DNA from: Takakia lepidozioides
Lineage: Eukaryota > Plantae > Bryophyta
Reading direction: 5' to 3'
DNA length: 64,000 bases
Assembly (NCBI GenBank): GCA_030704615.1
Contig: CM060731.1
Span: 25,854,001-25,918,000, forward strand
In this document: positions 25,056-39,140 of the stretch, one piece after another
Numbering within the stretch: the first letter of the stretch is position 1
How the letters are laid out: each line of letters starts with the position of its first letter
The notes under the pieces: model-generated
What the model was told of the DNA's origin: nothing
What the model saw: the letters and a program-made list of their open reading frames with translations, nothing else
The model's database searches: none
Made by a program: the position numbers and the translations under genes

Positions 25056-26354
25056 TGGGAGTAACTTTAGACAAACGAAAGCAAGTTTAGCTGGTGCACA
25101 TGGAGAGTACACAAAAAAATGAGTATCATATTATCCTACGTGAGAAATGTGCAGTTGACACCTGAGACTAAGGAGGCAGGGGGAGACTCAGAGGCTGCTT
25201 CAGAAGTACCCTATGGGCAGAGTGGTGCAAGACATGCAAAGAGGTACACGTTGTCCAGAGAGGTGCAGGATGTCCATAGAAGTGCGTGAGAGAAAAGAAG
25301 CAAGTGAGAGGTTCACAGTGGGAAGGTGGTGTTGTATGGAGTCGGACGTTATATAGAGGTGACATGTAACTTTCATCTTTGAATCGCTCCAATGGCAGTG
25401 TGGTATGATTTCTCTCCCGGATCGATTGTGGCCACCGTGGATTAAGGCGGAATCGAACGGTTTATTTCAACTCGCGAAATCACGGCTTCATTGAAAGTGT
25501 GCACAATTTTCCATTTATTGACAGCAGCCATTGTCACATTAATTATGAAACAAACGATAACGGCCGCGATCAGACTGAATTCTATCGTACTTGTACGTTA
25601 GTACGACTACATGTCTGGCATCATTATCGTGCGGCTCTAACAGCATACTCTGGAATAAGTGTGAAGGATGTCGATTCTGACAAGTGGCCTGGAGAAATGA
25701 AGTCAGGCGGCTAATCGCCACAACTAATTCTGGACTGCACATTAACAATCAATCATTATAATTAGCTGGGAGGAATCTGGAGGTGAACCATAAAGCACTT
25801 TGAGATTGTTTTGTTTATATTTATCATGTTGTTATAGTGAATAAAACACTTGGGCAGGGCGGGGCATTACATGCTGATGCATTGCATTGGACAGCGAAGG
25901 TGGTGCATTACAGGTGTGCGGAATGCTCTGCCTTGCCTTGATTGCTTACACATGTTTAATGTAGGGATGGACCCCTCGTGTCGGGTATCCCTCGATAAAT
26001 GGGTAGTCCCTATGGTGGCTATGGACCTTAAATCGAGGAATGCCCGACACGAGGGGCCATCTACTATCCTTAAAGCCGTATGTCACATGGCACTTGCGGG
26101 TGTTGTTAGGGAATATTGACGCCTGGTGGCTAACAGCCGAAAGTGATTGTGGACAGCTCATAATGAGACAATGATTATAGAGTGTGAGTAATCCGTAGGT
26201 ACAGTGCTGTGTCCTCTGGCAGATTGAGTTCGAAACGACTGCCTAGGCGTGTCACGTGGGTGGTCACATGGGCGTTTGGGGCGTGGGTTAACGTTTGGCG
26301 GCTTCGAATCTATTTTAAGATTTTTGTAAGCGTGAGGGTTGCAGAGTCTGACCA

Positions 26355-26804
26355 ATGGCGTCATTACAGTCATTTCGTTCTTTTTTCATTCGTCTGTCCG
26401 GTCGTCTGTCCAAATGTAATTGCCCGTTGTGTAGGCAATCTGAAGACAGTATTCATTTTCTGATACACTGTCCGGGGTTCTCTCACCAAAGAGACGCTCT
26501 CTTCAAATCTATTAAGGGAATTGTGCCTGTACCCCTGTTTACCAACTTTGAAAGTCTCGAGGCTGAGCCAAAAGCCCAGGCCCTCCTGAGGCCTAGTTTT
26601 TGGGCAAATCACATACAGCAGATTGATGCTTGTGTGAAGGGATTTCTAGAGGATATCTGGAAAACCCGGATTAATTCTATATATGGAGGTAAGTCTTACT
26701 ACCAACGTCAGCCCCTGACAGAGGTAGGTTCTGTCCCTTTTGTTCCCGCTCAAACTGGGCGCGGGGTCAATGGCCACAAGGCTACGGCAAACAACGTCTT
26801 ATGA
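26355..26804 (+). mobile_element. LINE (RTE-X-like) ORF2 3' end with CCHC knuckle
   Basis: CPLCRQSEDSIHFLIHC...QRDALF...FLEDIWKTR. Confidence 0.7.
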
Positions 26805-26824
26805 GTACAATCTCTAATGGGGTC

Positions 26825-27384
26825 TCCTTCCAACCTCCAGGAGTTGATTGATTGCCCTTTGACCTTTGGGGGCTAGAGGCTAATGTCAGTAAATGTGCAG
26901 TGGTGAAGGTCTACCGAGAGTCTTTTGGAGGTCCTGGATATTCTGGAGGCACCCGTGACCCAAGTAGAGATCCTCCAATGACAAAGGAGAGGGAGGAAGT
27001 GATCTCAAGTGGCAGTGGGGTAGTCAAGAGATTCCGGTCCTCCCTTCCTATACATACCTAGGACTTGAGTTTTCCTCCAACTGTAACTGGGATGCACATA
27101 TTCAGAAAGTTGTTCAAACTGGCAAGCGCAAAAGGCTGGGTCTCACTAAATTTTTCCACTGCAGAGGGATCAACTATGAGGTCAAGAAAACCATGCTTTG
27201 TCGCGTTATTAGACCTGCCTTGGAGTACACATCTGCAATATGGGTTGATAACTCCAACCAGGCTAAGTCTCTAGAATCCATTCAAGTGGGGGTGCTTAAG
27301 GAGTGCATGTCAGCATGCTCCAAAACAGCCAATGTGGCTGTTCGGGGTGAGTTTGGCATCCCTTCCATATATTCTAGCAATTAA
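26825..27384 (+). mobile_element. LINE (RTE-X-like) reverse transcriptase C-terminal/thumb fragment
   Basis: LQELID..WGLEANVSKC, then YTYLGLEF...WDAHI...IRPALEYTSAIW...LESIQ...TANVAVRGEFG across frameshifts. Confidence 0.75.
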
Positions 27385-27629
27385 AGATCTTAGTACTCGT
27401 ATACTCGGCCTAGGGTAATTTATTAGCAACGGAGGTTGGCAGGTTTTTGATACATTGGGAGAGACAGTGGATTGTTTGAAATACGATTCATGGATGGTTC
27501 ATGTTCCCGAGGGCAGTTTTCTCTCACCCATCGGTCCCACCGACTTTTACAAGGTACAATAATGTTACGCTGTGGAATGAATATTTTTCTGACCCCAGTC
27601 AATGGTGGGACAACCGAGGCAAAAAGGTG

Positions 27630-28250
27630 AATGCCTATTCAAATTACCAGATGTCATTTTGAACACTGCCCTGGTGGACATGTATGCCAAATGTGGGTGC
27701 ATCGAGGATGCGGAGGGAGTGTTCAACAAGTGTTCAACAATATGGCTGAACGAGATTTGGTGTCAAGGAACGCCATGCTTGCAGGATATGCACAGCAGGG
27801 GCGCGGGATGGAGGCCTTGGAGACCTATGAGCAAATGATGGGGGAAGAGGTGAAGCGCAACCACATCACGTTTGTGTGCGTTTGCAATTTTGAACAATAC
27901 CAAATGTGGGAGCATTGAGGATGCGGAGGGAGTGTTCAACAATATGGCTGAACGAGATCTGGTGTCATGGAATGCCATGCTTGCAGGATATGCACAGCAG
28001 GGGCGCCGAATGGAGGCCTTGGAGACCTATGAGCAAATGATGGGGAAGAGGTGAAGCGCAACCACATCACGTTTGTGTGCGTTTGCAATGCTTGTGCAAG
28101 CCTGGCAGCCCTGGAAAAGGGCAAAGAGGTGCATCATCAAAGCTAGAATTGTACCAAATGTCATTCTGAACATTGCCCTGGTGGACATGTATGCGAAATG
28201 TGGGTGCAAAGGAAGTATTTGACAATATGGCTGAACGATATGTGGCGTCG
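27630..28250 (+). pseudogene. PLS-class PPR fragment
   Basis: [60 protein letters not shown], with many frameshifts. Confidence 0.85.
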
Positions 28251-28739
28251 TGGCAGAAAGGTGAAGGCTTGTTCTGTTAGGGAAGGAGCAGAAACAGACA
28301 ACAAGATGCATCAAAACACTTTCTTGCAAATTGTCATTCCGCCTCTCTCCGTAAAGCATATTTAATTTCTTGTCAGCAATTCAGCATAGGCACTAGTGTG
28401 TGGTAAGTAGGGTTGGTGTGTTTGGTACATAAGTTCGAGGTTGTTGCTGTCAGCTATTAGCAACGAAGGGAAGGATCTATGCATTATTGCTGAGCAGGGA
28501 TGGCTGAGGTAGACTGGGATGGAGTGTATTTGCAGATCCATCGGACGAGGCCGGATTTCAAGCACAAGACTAGCAATGAGCTAATGTTGAATGACAGCTA
28601 CAAAAAACCTGCATGGGTAGATGGTCAACTGGAAGCAGCAGCAGCATAGTTGATAGAATCAGGCACCTCCACCCTGACCACTGCTTCTGCTAGAGGACCA
28701 AGAACTGCAATCCACAAGACCTCTTCTGCACTTGTGGGC

Positions 28740-30750
28740 ATGTGAAGACACTATGTGAGGCAGGACAACTGAACGAGGCTCTGCACATTATGACAAAATG
28801 AGGCGTCTTGGCAGACTCCGATACTTATGTCTGTCTTTTGCATAAGTGCATGAACAGGAAAAGCCTCGTGGTGGGAAAGCAGGTGCACACCCCCATTATG
28901 CTAAGTGCATTCAAGCCAAATGTTTTTCTATACAGCACCCTTGTCAATATGTATGTGAAGTGCGGAAGCCTAGTGGATGCGCAGCGAGTGTTTGACAAAA
29001 TGCCCGAATGGAATATGTTTTCGTGGACTATAATGATGGCAAGATACGCAAAGCATGGGTGTGGTAACAAAGCCTTTGAGACCTATGAGCAAATGATACA
29101 AAAAGAGGTGACACCCGACCAGGTCACCTTCATTTGTGTTCTCAAGCCGTGTGCCAACCTGGCAGCCCTGGAAAAGGGAAAAAAGGTCCATGCTGACATC
29201 ATGAAAGCTGGGATTATACCAGATATCGTTTTGGACAACACCCTTGTGGACATGTATGCCAAATGTGGGAGCATCGAGGATGCAAAGGGAGTGTTTGAGA
29301 ATATGGCCGAACGAGATATGGTATCATGGAGTGTGATGATTGCAGGATATGCCCAGCATGGGTGTGGCATGAAGGCCTTGGAGACCTATGAGAAAATGTT
29401 GTTGGAAGGGGTGAAGCCCAACCAGGTTACGTTTGTCTGTGTTTGCGAAGCGTGTGCTAGCCTGGCAGCCTTGGAAAAGGGCAAAGCAGTATAGGCAGAC
29501 ATTATGAAAGCTGGAATTGTACCAAATATAGTTTTCAGCAATACCCTTCTAGACATGTATGCCAAATGTGGGAGTATGAAGGATGCAAAGGGAACTTTTG
29601 ATGAAATGGCTGAACGAGATGTAGTGTCATGGAGTGTGATGATTGGAGGATAAGCTTAGGATGATTGTGGGTTGGAGACTCTGGAGACGTATGAGCAAAG
29701 AAGGGCAGGGGTGAAGCCCAACCAGGTCACGTTTGTTTGCATTTGCAAAGCGTGTGCAAGCCTGGCAGCTCTGGAAAAGGGCAAAGAGGTACATGCTGAA
29801 ATCATGAAATCTGGTATTGTTCCGGATGTTATTCTGGACAATACCCTCGTGGACATGTATTCCAAATGTGGGAGTGTGAAGGATGCACAGGGAGTCATGG
29901 AATGCGGTGATAGCGGGATATGCCCAGCATGGATGTGGGATCGAGGCTTTGGAAACCTATGACCAAATGATGGGGGAGGGAGTGAAGCCCAACCAGGTTA
30001 CGTTTGTTAGCGTTTGCAATGCGTGTGCCAGCCAAAGAACACCATGCTGAAATCATGAAAGCCGGAATTGGACGAGATGTCATCCTGGACAATACCCTTG
30101 TGGACATGTATGCCAAATGTGGGAGCATCAAGGATGCAAAAGGAGTGTTTGACAGTGTGCCTGAACGAAGTGTGGTGTCATGGAATGCAATGATTGCAGG
30201 ATATGCCCAGTACAGTTGCAGCATTGAGGCTTTGGAGACATGATGGGGGAAGGGGTGAACCTGACCACATCACATTCCATTACATTTGCAGTGTGTGTGC
30301 CAGCCTTTCATGCTTGGAGAAGGGCAAAGGGGTCCATGCTGACATCAAAAATGCTGGAATTGTGCCAAGTATCATTCTGAGCAATACCCTTGTGGACATG
30401 TATGCTAAGTGGGGGAGCATTCGCGCTGCCAAGCTTGTGTTTGACAAAACTGTGGACCGAAATGTGGTGTCATGGAATACGATGATCACAAGATATTTCC
30501 AGCATGGGTGTGGGATGCAGGCTTTGGAGACCTATGAGCAAATGATGCAGAAAGGGTGAAGCCTGACCAGGTCACGTTTGTTTGCGTTCTCAAAGTGTGT
30601 GCCAGCCTGGCAGCCCTGGAAAAGGGCAGAGAGGTCACTGACATCATGAAAGCTGGAATTGTCCAAGATGTCATTCTGGACACAGCCCTTCTTGACATGT
30701 ATGCCAAATTTGGGAGCATCAAAGATGCAAAGGGAGTGTTTGACAGCATG
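28740..30750 (+). pseudogene. PLS-class PPR pseudogene (about six P-L-S triplets), truncated before any E/DYW domain
   Basis: Repeated LVDMYAKCGS..DA..VF / VSW..MIAGYAQHG / PNQVTFVCV..ACASLAALEKGK.VH, with stops (e.g. 29494) and deletions. Ends abruptly at an A-rich tail sequence. Confidence 0.92.
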
Positions 30751-31473
30751 TCTGTTAATTTCCCCCCATCCTCAAGGGCCTCAATTGTGGGCTGTCCCTC
30801 CGGTTTCCCTTAAGAAAGCAATAAAAAAAATAAAAAAGTGAATTTCTGAATTTACTACTGGCGAATCTGTAAGTTCTTGCATTGTTTTTATTTTTATTTT
30901 TATTTGTTTTTTAAAGAAGGGGAGCATATGCCCATAAAACTTTACTAAGAGAAGGTGAAAAGGTCCAAAAAGAACAAGTGCCAGGGAACGGGGAGGAGTC
31001 CCCACTGTTAGCCTTCAGGGCCTCATTGGTGGTTATTTTTTCCACCATCTGCAATCAATTTCGAGAGCCTCCATCCCCTCTTCTCCAAAAAGTAAAAAAA
31101 TAAAAACAAATGGAGGACAAGAGCACTGTTGGTCTGGTATCTTGAATTGGAAATACCATAAGGGTCCTGGTATGTAGTGCTGAATTTTTGTAAGGCAGGT
31201 AGGTTTTCCAATAATGCAGCCCTAATTTTTTCAAGTATGAATCTGAGTGGTTAAAAAAAATCAATGCGGATATGAGCAATGGTATCTGAATGTTAATAAC
31301 CTAGAAATATGAACTCGGATATGGTATTAAAAAAGTAATAAAATAAAAATGGTACTAGTATTCAAATTCAATTTTATTTATTTTTTGAATTCAAATTCAA
31401 TATTGAAATGGCCATCTGAACAGTTCAAATGGAATATGAATATTCCAGAAAACCACAAGGGAAACCTGCTCAT

Positions 31474-31916
31474 CTCATAGGATACCAACCCCCATATTAA
31501 CATGATACCCGAACAGACCTGCAACGACGAGTCGAGCTCTGGTAGGGGCTAGGGAAAGGAAAACCCTAACCGCCGCTTGTTAGGGTTTGGGGGACCGCCA
31601 GGGAACTCGATAACCTTCTGGTAGGGTACTACAAATGTTTACGGGAATAGAGAATAGTAGGTTAGGGTAGGAGAGACCCGGGTTGATACCCAACGAAACC
31701 CAGATACCAGACCAACATTGGACAAGAGGTCGCCAAATCAAAGTACCATAAGATCATATGCCCATGTTATATTTTTGCATTGTTTCTAATGTTTTCCGCA
31801 GAGTATATGTTTCCAATTTGTGGGGGGTGCCGGAACAAATATGCATTAAGAAAAAAAAAAACAACCAAGTTTTTTCATGAAAATGTGTCGTTAAATGGGG
31901 GTTGGTATCCTATGAG
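31474..31916. mobile_element. MITE-like element with 22-bp terminal inverted repeats
   Basis: ctcataggataccaacccccat (31474-31495) and atgggggttggtatcctatgag (31895-31916). No clear TSD. Confidence 0.7.
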
Positions 31917-33819
31917 CACAACGTGAGCATGGCGTGAGCACAACCCACAGTCATGGGGGTTATATGTTTTTAAATCGCGGTCATAGGAGTTACATATTTT
32001 GAGGCACAAGGCAGAGTGCAAATTTTATAGGGTACAGTTGCTCCACAATAAACTATCTGATCTATCTATACATTCACGAACATTTGATACATTTCAAATC
32101 TTACTTGTAAGCCAAAACATAACATACTAAGAGAATCATTTTAATATTAAACTATTATGTGTGATTCACTACCTAACCAAAAACTAAAAACATCATCTAT
32201 AAACCCTAATTCGACGAAAGTTTTGCAAAATGAAACCATGGTGTAAGGTCTTTGACCACATTTTTTCCCTTGACTTCAACTTGATGCGTAGTCTCTCCCA
32301 TAAATTAGCCCATCTCTATGGACGTTGTTTTGAGAAGTCGTCGCTAGAAGTGCGGAGCAACGCGAAGCCCTGGTTGTTTTTTTAAATATAGAATAGGGGA
32401 CAGTGGCCCTGGTAAATTTTATTAATAAGGGTAAAAAAAAAACATATAGTAATGATATTATCTATCATTAGTAATTGTCTGCAGTTGAAACATTGAAACC
32501 AGTAAAACACTCCTTTTGTGAATCCGTAAGCAGAAAATTTAAGTTTATATTTAGATCTACAAAAGAATCATAAATTCTTAAAATATTAAAAATTAAAATT
32601 AAAATGTCGACTACGTACTATAGATATGTTCTTAAGAAATCCCGAATTTTGAGCTTAAAATAAAAACAAAAATTATAGTAGTATATATAATATATAGTGG
32701 CATGTGCCGTTGAGCACATAATAAATGTACCATTGTTTTATGAGTATATGCATATGTCAAAAATAAAGAGGTCTTCAACAACATTGTAAAGGCCAAAGTT
32801 AAAAATAACTTAAACCAATGCTATGAGATTCATGATGTAGAATAAGTTCCAGAAAAACCCAATTTGCTATTTTTTAATGAATTTCCAATGACTCCCAATT
32901 TCCCAAACAATACTCGAAATTCAATATCTCTCACACTGCAGGTCCAAAAATTAGGAAACCACCTAGACCCACCCCTACACCCCCACTCATCGACAGCTGT
33001 CCAGCCAAAAATTCCCTTAAATCTTATATTGAGATAAGGTGATCACGTACAACATTTTTTCTTTGCGCGAAATTTCGCCACTTTTTGATCCAGAAATTGG
33101 CCTCACGAAATTTACAAAGGAATTATGGGTTAAAATATGGCACTGTTTCGCAATACTGCCCTCCCTAATACCATCATGTCGCTGCAATGAGGACGTCGCC
33201 TGTACAACTGTCGCACAGGAAAAGAGTCACATGCCATTTGGGTTTGTTAGATCTAGATGCTCTTGCCTGTGGATTTCTAGAAACCCTACCACCTTGCCAG
33301 CGCAAGGAGCAAAGCCTAGGGTTTAAACTCTTCCCGCTTTCGCCAAGGGGTTGAGCTATGGAGGGAACTCTCATTTAGGTTTCGCTTACCCGCCTAGGAG
33401 GATGGGTAGCGCATGAGCATGCTCGCGCCGGCGTGAGGGTGCTCATGTGAGCACAAGGGCATATTCCCCGAAATTGCACGAAATTTGCGCGAAATTTCCA
33501 CGACGAAACGAATTTGGCGAAACTAAAAACTATGTGAAACTAACACATAAAGAACATGTAGCCCCTGTACCCGATGAGCATGTTACCCTATAGGCGTGGC
33601 GTTTTCTCCATAACAGGCGCGAGAGTGTGCGGTGAGGCTGCAACTGAAATTGCAAGTCCTCACCCATAGCTAATTTCTCACAGAAGGAATATATACCACA
33701 CAACCCCATAATTATGCAGGGCGCTCTGCACGAACCAACCTGCCAAGAAATCAACTGTAGCAGAAAGTATGAGAAGGTCACTAGTAAAGTCCCCATCACT
33801 GGCAAGCCCATATCACCAA

Positions 33820-34305
33820 AGTATTTCTCAAATACCAAGAAGAGTTTCTCAAAACGAAACCCACTTTTGCATAGTATTTCTCAAATACCAATAAGAGTTT
33901 CTAAAAGCGAAACCCACTTCTGCATAGTATTTCTGAAATATCAGTAAGAGTTTCTCAAAGCGAAACCCACTTTTGCATAGTATTTCTGAAATATCAGTAA
34001 GAGTTTCTCAAAGCGAAACCCACTTTTGCATAGTATTTCTGAAATATCAGTAAGAGTTTCTCAAAGCGAAACCCACTTTTGCATAGTATTTCTGAAATAT
34101 CAGTAAGAGTTTCTCAAAGCGAAACCCACTTTTGCATAGTATTTCTGAAATTTCAGTAAGAGTTTCTCAAAGCGAAACCACCCGCTGCATATGTTTATGT
34201 CCATATCACCAAGTTTGTCTCAAATACCAGGAAGGGTTTCTCAATGCAAAACCCACCGCTGCATAGGTTTGTGCCAATATACCAAGACTTTCTCAATGCG
34301 AAACA
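33820..34305. repeat. Minisatellite, 53-bp unit, about 7 good plus 2 degenerate copies
   Basis: agtatttctgaaatatcagtaagagtttctcaaagcgaaacccacttttgcat starting at 33820, 33873, 33926, 33979, 34032, 34085 and 34138. Confidence 0.95.
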
Positions 34306-37300
34306 TGTTGCTGCCGCTATAAGTTTAGGGTTTTTGGCTGCACTATTGAAGTTTTTGCCTCGCTGAATTAGTGCAGATGTACAGTATATATGCACCGATC
34401 CTCTATACCCACTTATGGTTTTTTCCGTTTTGGATACATATAACTCTTATGATCGAGGTTAAAAAAACATAAAATTCCCATGACCGTGGGTCGCGCGTGA
34501 CCGTGCTCGCCTAGTACCCGTGTCATGCACCGCCTCTTGCACTGGCACATGAGGCTTTGAGCAAAGTTGCTGATCTTGGACAAGATTAGTCATACTTGTC
34601 AATGGATTATATCCATGTGACAGAGTTGTGCTAGGCTTTGCAATATGCAATGTCGTTGTTACTTAGAAAAAATTACCTCTTTTGTCGCTCCCACAAACCG
34701 AACACTACATGAGTTGAGTTCGCATAAAACTCATCAAACATTCTTGACAGTAGCCACCGGTTCGAGATCACATGCCCCAGAGTCGCCAATTGATCTTCTT
34801 CATAGGCCAGCCAGGAGCCAACGCGGCTCAAGTTCTTAAATGAAAAAAAAAAAACGCTGATCACGTATTCAAACTATATTTTAAACATGTTCAACATAAG
34901 ACGAAAAAATATTTGTTAATTTATAAAGGCGAGGACGGACTTGGCCCTGGCAAAACTTTATTGATATATGAATTAAATACTGATGTATGATATTAAAAAA
35001 TTGAAAACAAATATAAGAACGAATGATCTTCAGATTTATTAATTATTAAATATTGAGATGCTTGTTGAAATACTAACTGAAATATTGAAATTCTTGTTGA
35101 AGTCAGAAGAATTAGCTGAAATATTAAAATACTTGCTGCAAATCTGGCTGAATTACTGAATTACTCGTTGAAAATCTCGCTGAAAATCTTGATTGAGTTG
35201 CTGAAAATCTTGATTGAGATATTGAAATACTGAAATTTGATGGACTAAGCTCTTGGAGGCCCTTGGGCTTTACATAAAGTTTCTATTTCTTTTCTTTTTG
35301 GTCTGAGCAATCTTTGGGTTTTCAGACATGATCTCTTGGTTTTGTTTTTCTAGTAACGTATGCCACAGAAATCTTACATCGCACGCATTAGGGACCTTGG
35401 CTCCCTAAGACTCAACAGAAGTGGCAATGGAACTTCCACAAGGCTATTCCCAAGGATTATAGAGCACAAAGAGGACTATGTCATTTCAATTGATATGATG
35501 TGGCACTAGGATGCCGAGGCTTACCATTTGGGCATCAACACCACGTCCAGTAAGACCACTACTTAATACTGTACGATTGATGACACTACCCCTTGGGACC
35601 CTGGTCAGACTAGAATCAACCATACTGTCCCCAAACATTTGACATATGACCACTCGGACCTCTGGAGCCCCTTAGAAGACTAGTGGTAGATGTGAAGATG
35701 GCAGGATGTGAGATGGAGTCCATGCTGCTGCAATAGTGCTCTTCGACGCAGAAAGCTCTGAGGTGCTGGTACCTAATTTAGACCATAGCCACTTGTATCA
35801 TCCAAGGATCATACCCACAATGATTTGGAGAGAGAGACACAAGCTTAAGGTAGTATAAGTACAAGCCTTCTTTCTCTCCCCTGGGATGTTCTTGTGAGGG
35901 TAAATCCTAGCATCTATTTTCAACTCAGATCATTCATGGAAGAAATATACTAAAGAGATAAAAAACATAGGACTAGTCCTTGTGCAAAGAGTCACACTCA
36001 CTAACTGTTCCCTGGTATGAAGGACTTTTACCACTATGGTCCCATCACAATACCCACCAGTCATAGGCTAATTCACGAGAGAGAAAAGATCATGTATAAA
36101 GGGCGGATATATGTTGAAATAATGGATAAAAGGCTGGTAAAAAAACAAGAAATAAACACTTCTCAGCACTGGGTTCTGCTACTTTCAGGTCAACATGGAA
36201 AACCCACTATGTGTGGCATACATCATCTCACAGCTCTCAAAACTGTCTTCATCAGCTAGGAACTAATGCCTGCTAGTCAAGTCAAACCTCTACCAAGGGA
36301 GTTGTTATACAAATGAAATTGAAATGGATAGTCGATCGCGTTTGACAGCTATATTACAAAGGGAAAGGCTTTCAGTCCCTACCTGCCTGTTGTTTGAGCT
36401 GCATGTGACAGACCCCTAGCCTCTTTCTGTCTATATGAATGCTTTCTATGTAATAAGACAAAAGTGGAAGTTCAACCCTTGTCCCCAAGAGCGTATCACA
36501 AAGCTGTATTTCAAGCCCTATGTTGCAGCCATGTGAACAAAGTCAGAATAAAGTGTGTATCTCAAACTGGTTCCAGAAGTAGAGGACAAGATGTTGCATG
36601 AAAGCCCATATGCTAGATACGAGAAGCCTGGCCAAACAGTAGCAAATCAAGCCATGACTAATGCAAGTATGTATGTATGGAAGATTCAGGTAGCAGATTA
36701 GTTCTCAATCCTAATGTAGTCCAATTGAAGTGGTCTGTACATATAGTCTTGTCAAATGCATATCCAATAATATTTATTCTTATCGCAATCAACATAACCA
36801 GAGTATTCCACCTACACAAACATCTCTTTGGACAAAGGTTTATTTGAGATAACCATTCATAGAGTATGGAAAGTATGAGGCATTCCGCCAGTTCTAACAT
36901 CTTTTGTTTTCACTTGAAACTCCAGTTAAGTGTTGGGATTGCACTCACATACTCAATATGAAGATTTAGCAGCAGTTTCATGATGCTAAAAAACATAAGA
37001 TTAGGTTGAGCTGAACTGGTCTAAAGACAAGAACAAAAGTAGTACCGAACATCTTAGAAGAAAGGTCCTGCTCAAACCCCAGCCCACCTAGTGGTCTTCA
37101 ACAAACTAATAACAGTAGTCATTCCTGATCGAATGTTTTTGTTCACTGGAATTTCCAACCGTTTCAGATTACAAATGAATCCACCATGGAGGTCAAGGTA
37201 AGAGATGGCAAGTACCTAAATGATAACATGGATGAGCACACTGTCTTCAAGCCGGCCGCTCCATCCATCTCTAGGCAGCACACCACAGAAAGGGGCACGT

Positions 37301-38299
37301 GATAGCTTCAGATGATATACTGCACTGCGTTGAGCAACCACTACTACATCCGCTGTTGCTTGGCAACCCAAATTACTCTCTTTGTCTCGCATTGACCCAA
37401 ATTCGTTAGGATTCAAGCTGCTATGCAGCCCAACTTGAGAATCAGGGGATGGAAAGGACAAAGAGGGCGAAACTCTATTTTAACTAATTCTGGACTTTTG
37501 TTTGGTCCAGAAATAATACAAGATATATGAATAATTATAATCTATAATAGAAATAAAGAGATATATCTATAATTATTTGACTATTTGTGCACTATATAAC
37601 CACGAATTATATAATCCTCCACACATTCTTCGCAAAAATACAAGTATGTATTGTGGTCTTAGATGAACATCCACTGCCAAATTGACGTTCATTAAAAGGA
37701 ATGGGAGTATGCAATGAATCAAACAATGATGAGAGCTCCGATATCCAAAATGACATACACAAACAAACATGGAACAATGGCAGAACCAAATATGAAACAA
37801 TGATGGCATGTGATGAAGATGACAACATGGAAAAACGAGTCTGTTAGGACCTGATTGATGATATGAAACATTCATATTTTATTTGAGATTATATCATTCA
37901 AGGCGATGGACCAACAGAAAAATGAACGTCAACTGTCCATCCGTTCATGGACTTAATGTCATACAAGCCATAGATTCTGAAGCCATAGAACCGTTACGGC
38001 TTCTACTAACTCATTAATAATACTGAGCCTCCTCCCAAACGGCTTGCAATCAAGGCATGTGTCCGAAGACACCTCCGGTTACCACAGCCACTTGCAACGG
38101 TCTCCGCACTAGAGGACACGGAGATACTTTCAGGAAGGTGAAACCGGCTGACATTATCATCTGAAATGTTACTGCCAACTCTACTTGATGCCCTTGAAGC
38201 CTCCCGACACGCCCGCCATTCTTCCCAATCACGCAGCTCTTGTTCCTCTTTTAGAATTCGTTCCTTGAATGTAACTTGGGACAAACGATTGAAATGACA

Positions 38300-39140
38300 A
38301 ATGCTAGGCCCAAAGTGGAAGTTTTGCATATGGATTTGTTGAGGTAAGAGTGCAAATGCAACTGCAAAAGAATTGGAAAATCAAATTATGAACAAACAAC
38401 AGAACAGTGGGATCCACGTGCCTACCAAGGTAATCAGGTTCCTTTTGTTGTGGGATCCAAACACGAGGATCAAGATATTTTCCATACCAGGCCCAGCAGG
38501 CATGGTCTCGACCAATAGGCTTATGAGAACACTTTGTCCGGTTCTCGCTAATGTAATCAACGACTATTGAAGCTCCAGCCATCTCCGATATATATGGCCA
38601 CACTGCTTTTGTCATATCATCCCGGTCATGCAATCCGTTTGGTGAAGGCTTGAATGAGAAAGGGAAGAATCCATTATTTTATGGGTTTCGCAGGCCTTTT
38701 GATGGCTCATCATCTACAAGAAGTATTTGCCCTTGCGTAGCAAACAGTCTACCAGGGTACCTGACAATAACACTTTGAATATCCTTCACGAGATATTTTA
38801 TCCCGGACCTGATATAACCGGTGGTATCTTTACAATCCTCAGCAGACCATATAAAGCAGAACTTCTTCGCTATTTTCGTGGGGACGAAGCTCTCCAACAT
38901 CCTACAAAGAACACATCTATCAGGACATGACCAAATGGCCACGTGAAAATGCTTCAATGCAAGGTCCAGAAACTCCAAGACTCCAGGCCGAGGCACCACA
39001 AACGATCTGTCAGGAACTTGAAGTGTCACATTCCTGAAACAAAATTTCTCCTTAAACAGTTCACCGCCGGTTGGGGGTGGCCGGTAGCAGAGGAGTCGGT
39101 TGACACTCAAAATTAACAACATCCGTTTCCTCTTCTCCGT
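38300..39140 (-). pseudogene. FCP1/NIF (HAD, CTD-phosphatase-like) domain 1
   Basis: KRMLLILSVNRLL...PRPGVLEFLDLALKHFHVAIWS...FIWSAEDC...LVKDI...ILLVDDEPSKGLRNP*...VWPYISEM. The DxDx(T/V) motif is absent and there is an in-frame stop. Confidence 0.8.

Noticed and set aside
28740-30750. Functional RNA-editing PPR-DYW gene
   Set aside because: Multiple stops and deletions, and no E or DYW domain follows.
31545-31595. aaaccctaa / tagggtt telomere-like words
   Set aside because: Isolated single words inside a MITE, not an array.
33820-34305. 53-bp array as CRISPR
   Set aside because: Units are head-to-tail and near-identical, with no unique spacers.
35340-37470. Coding-like composition suggesting a decayed gene or retroelement
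   Set aside because: I could not recognise any diagnostic motif. It needs BLASTX.
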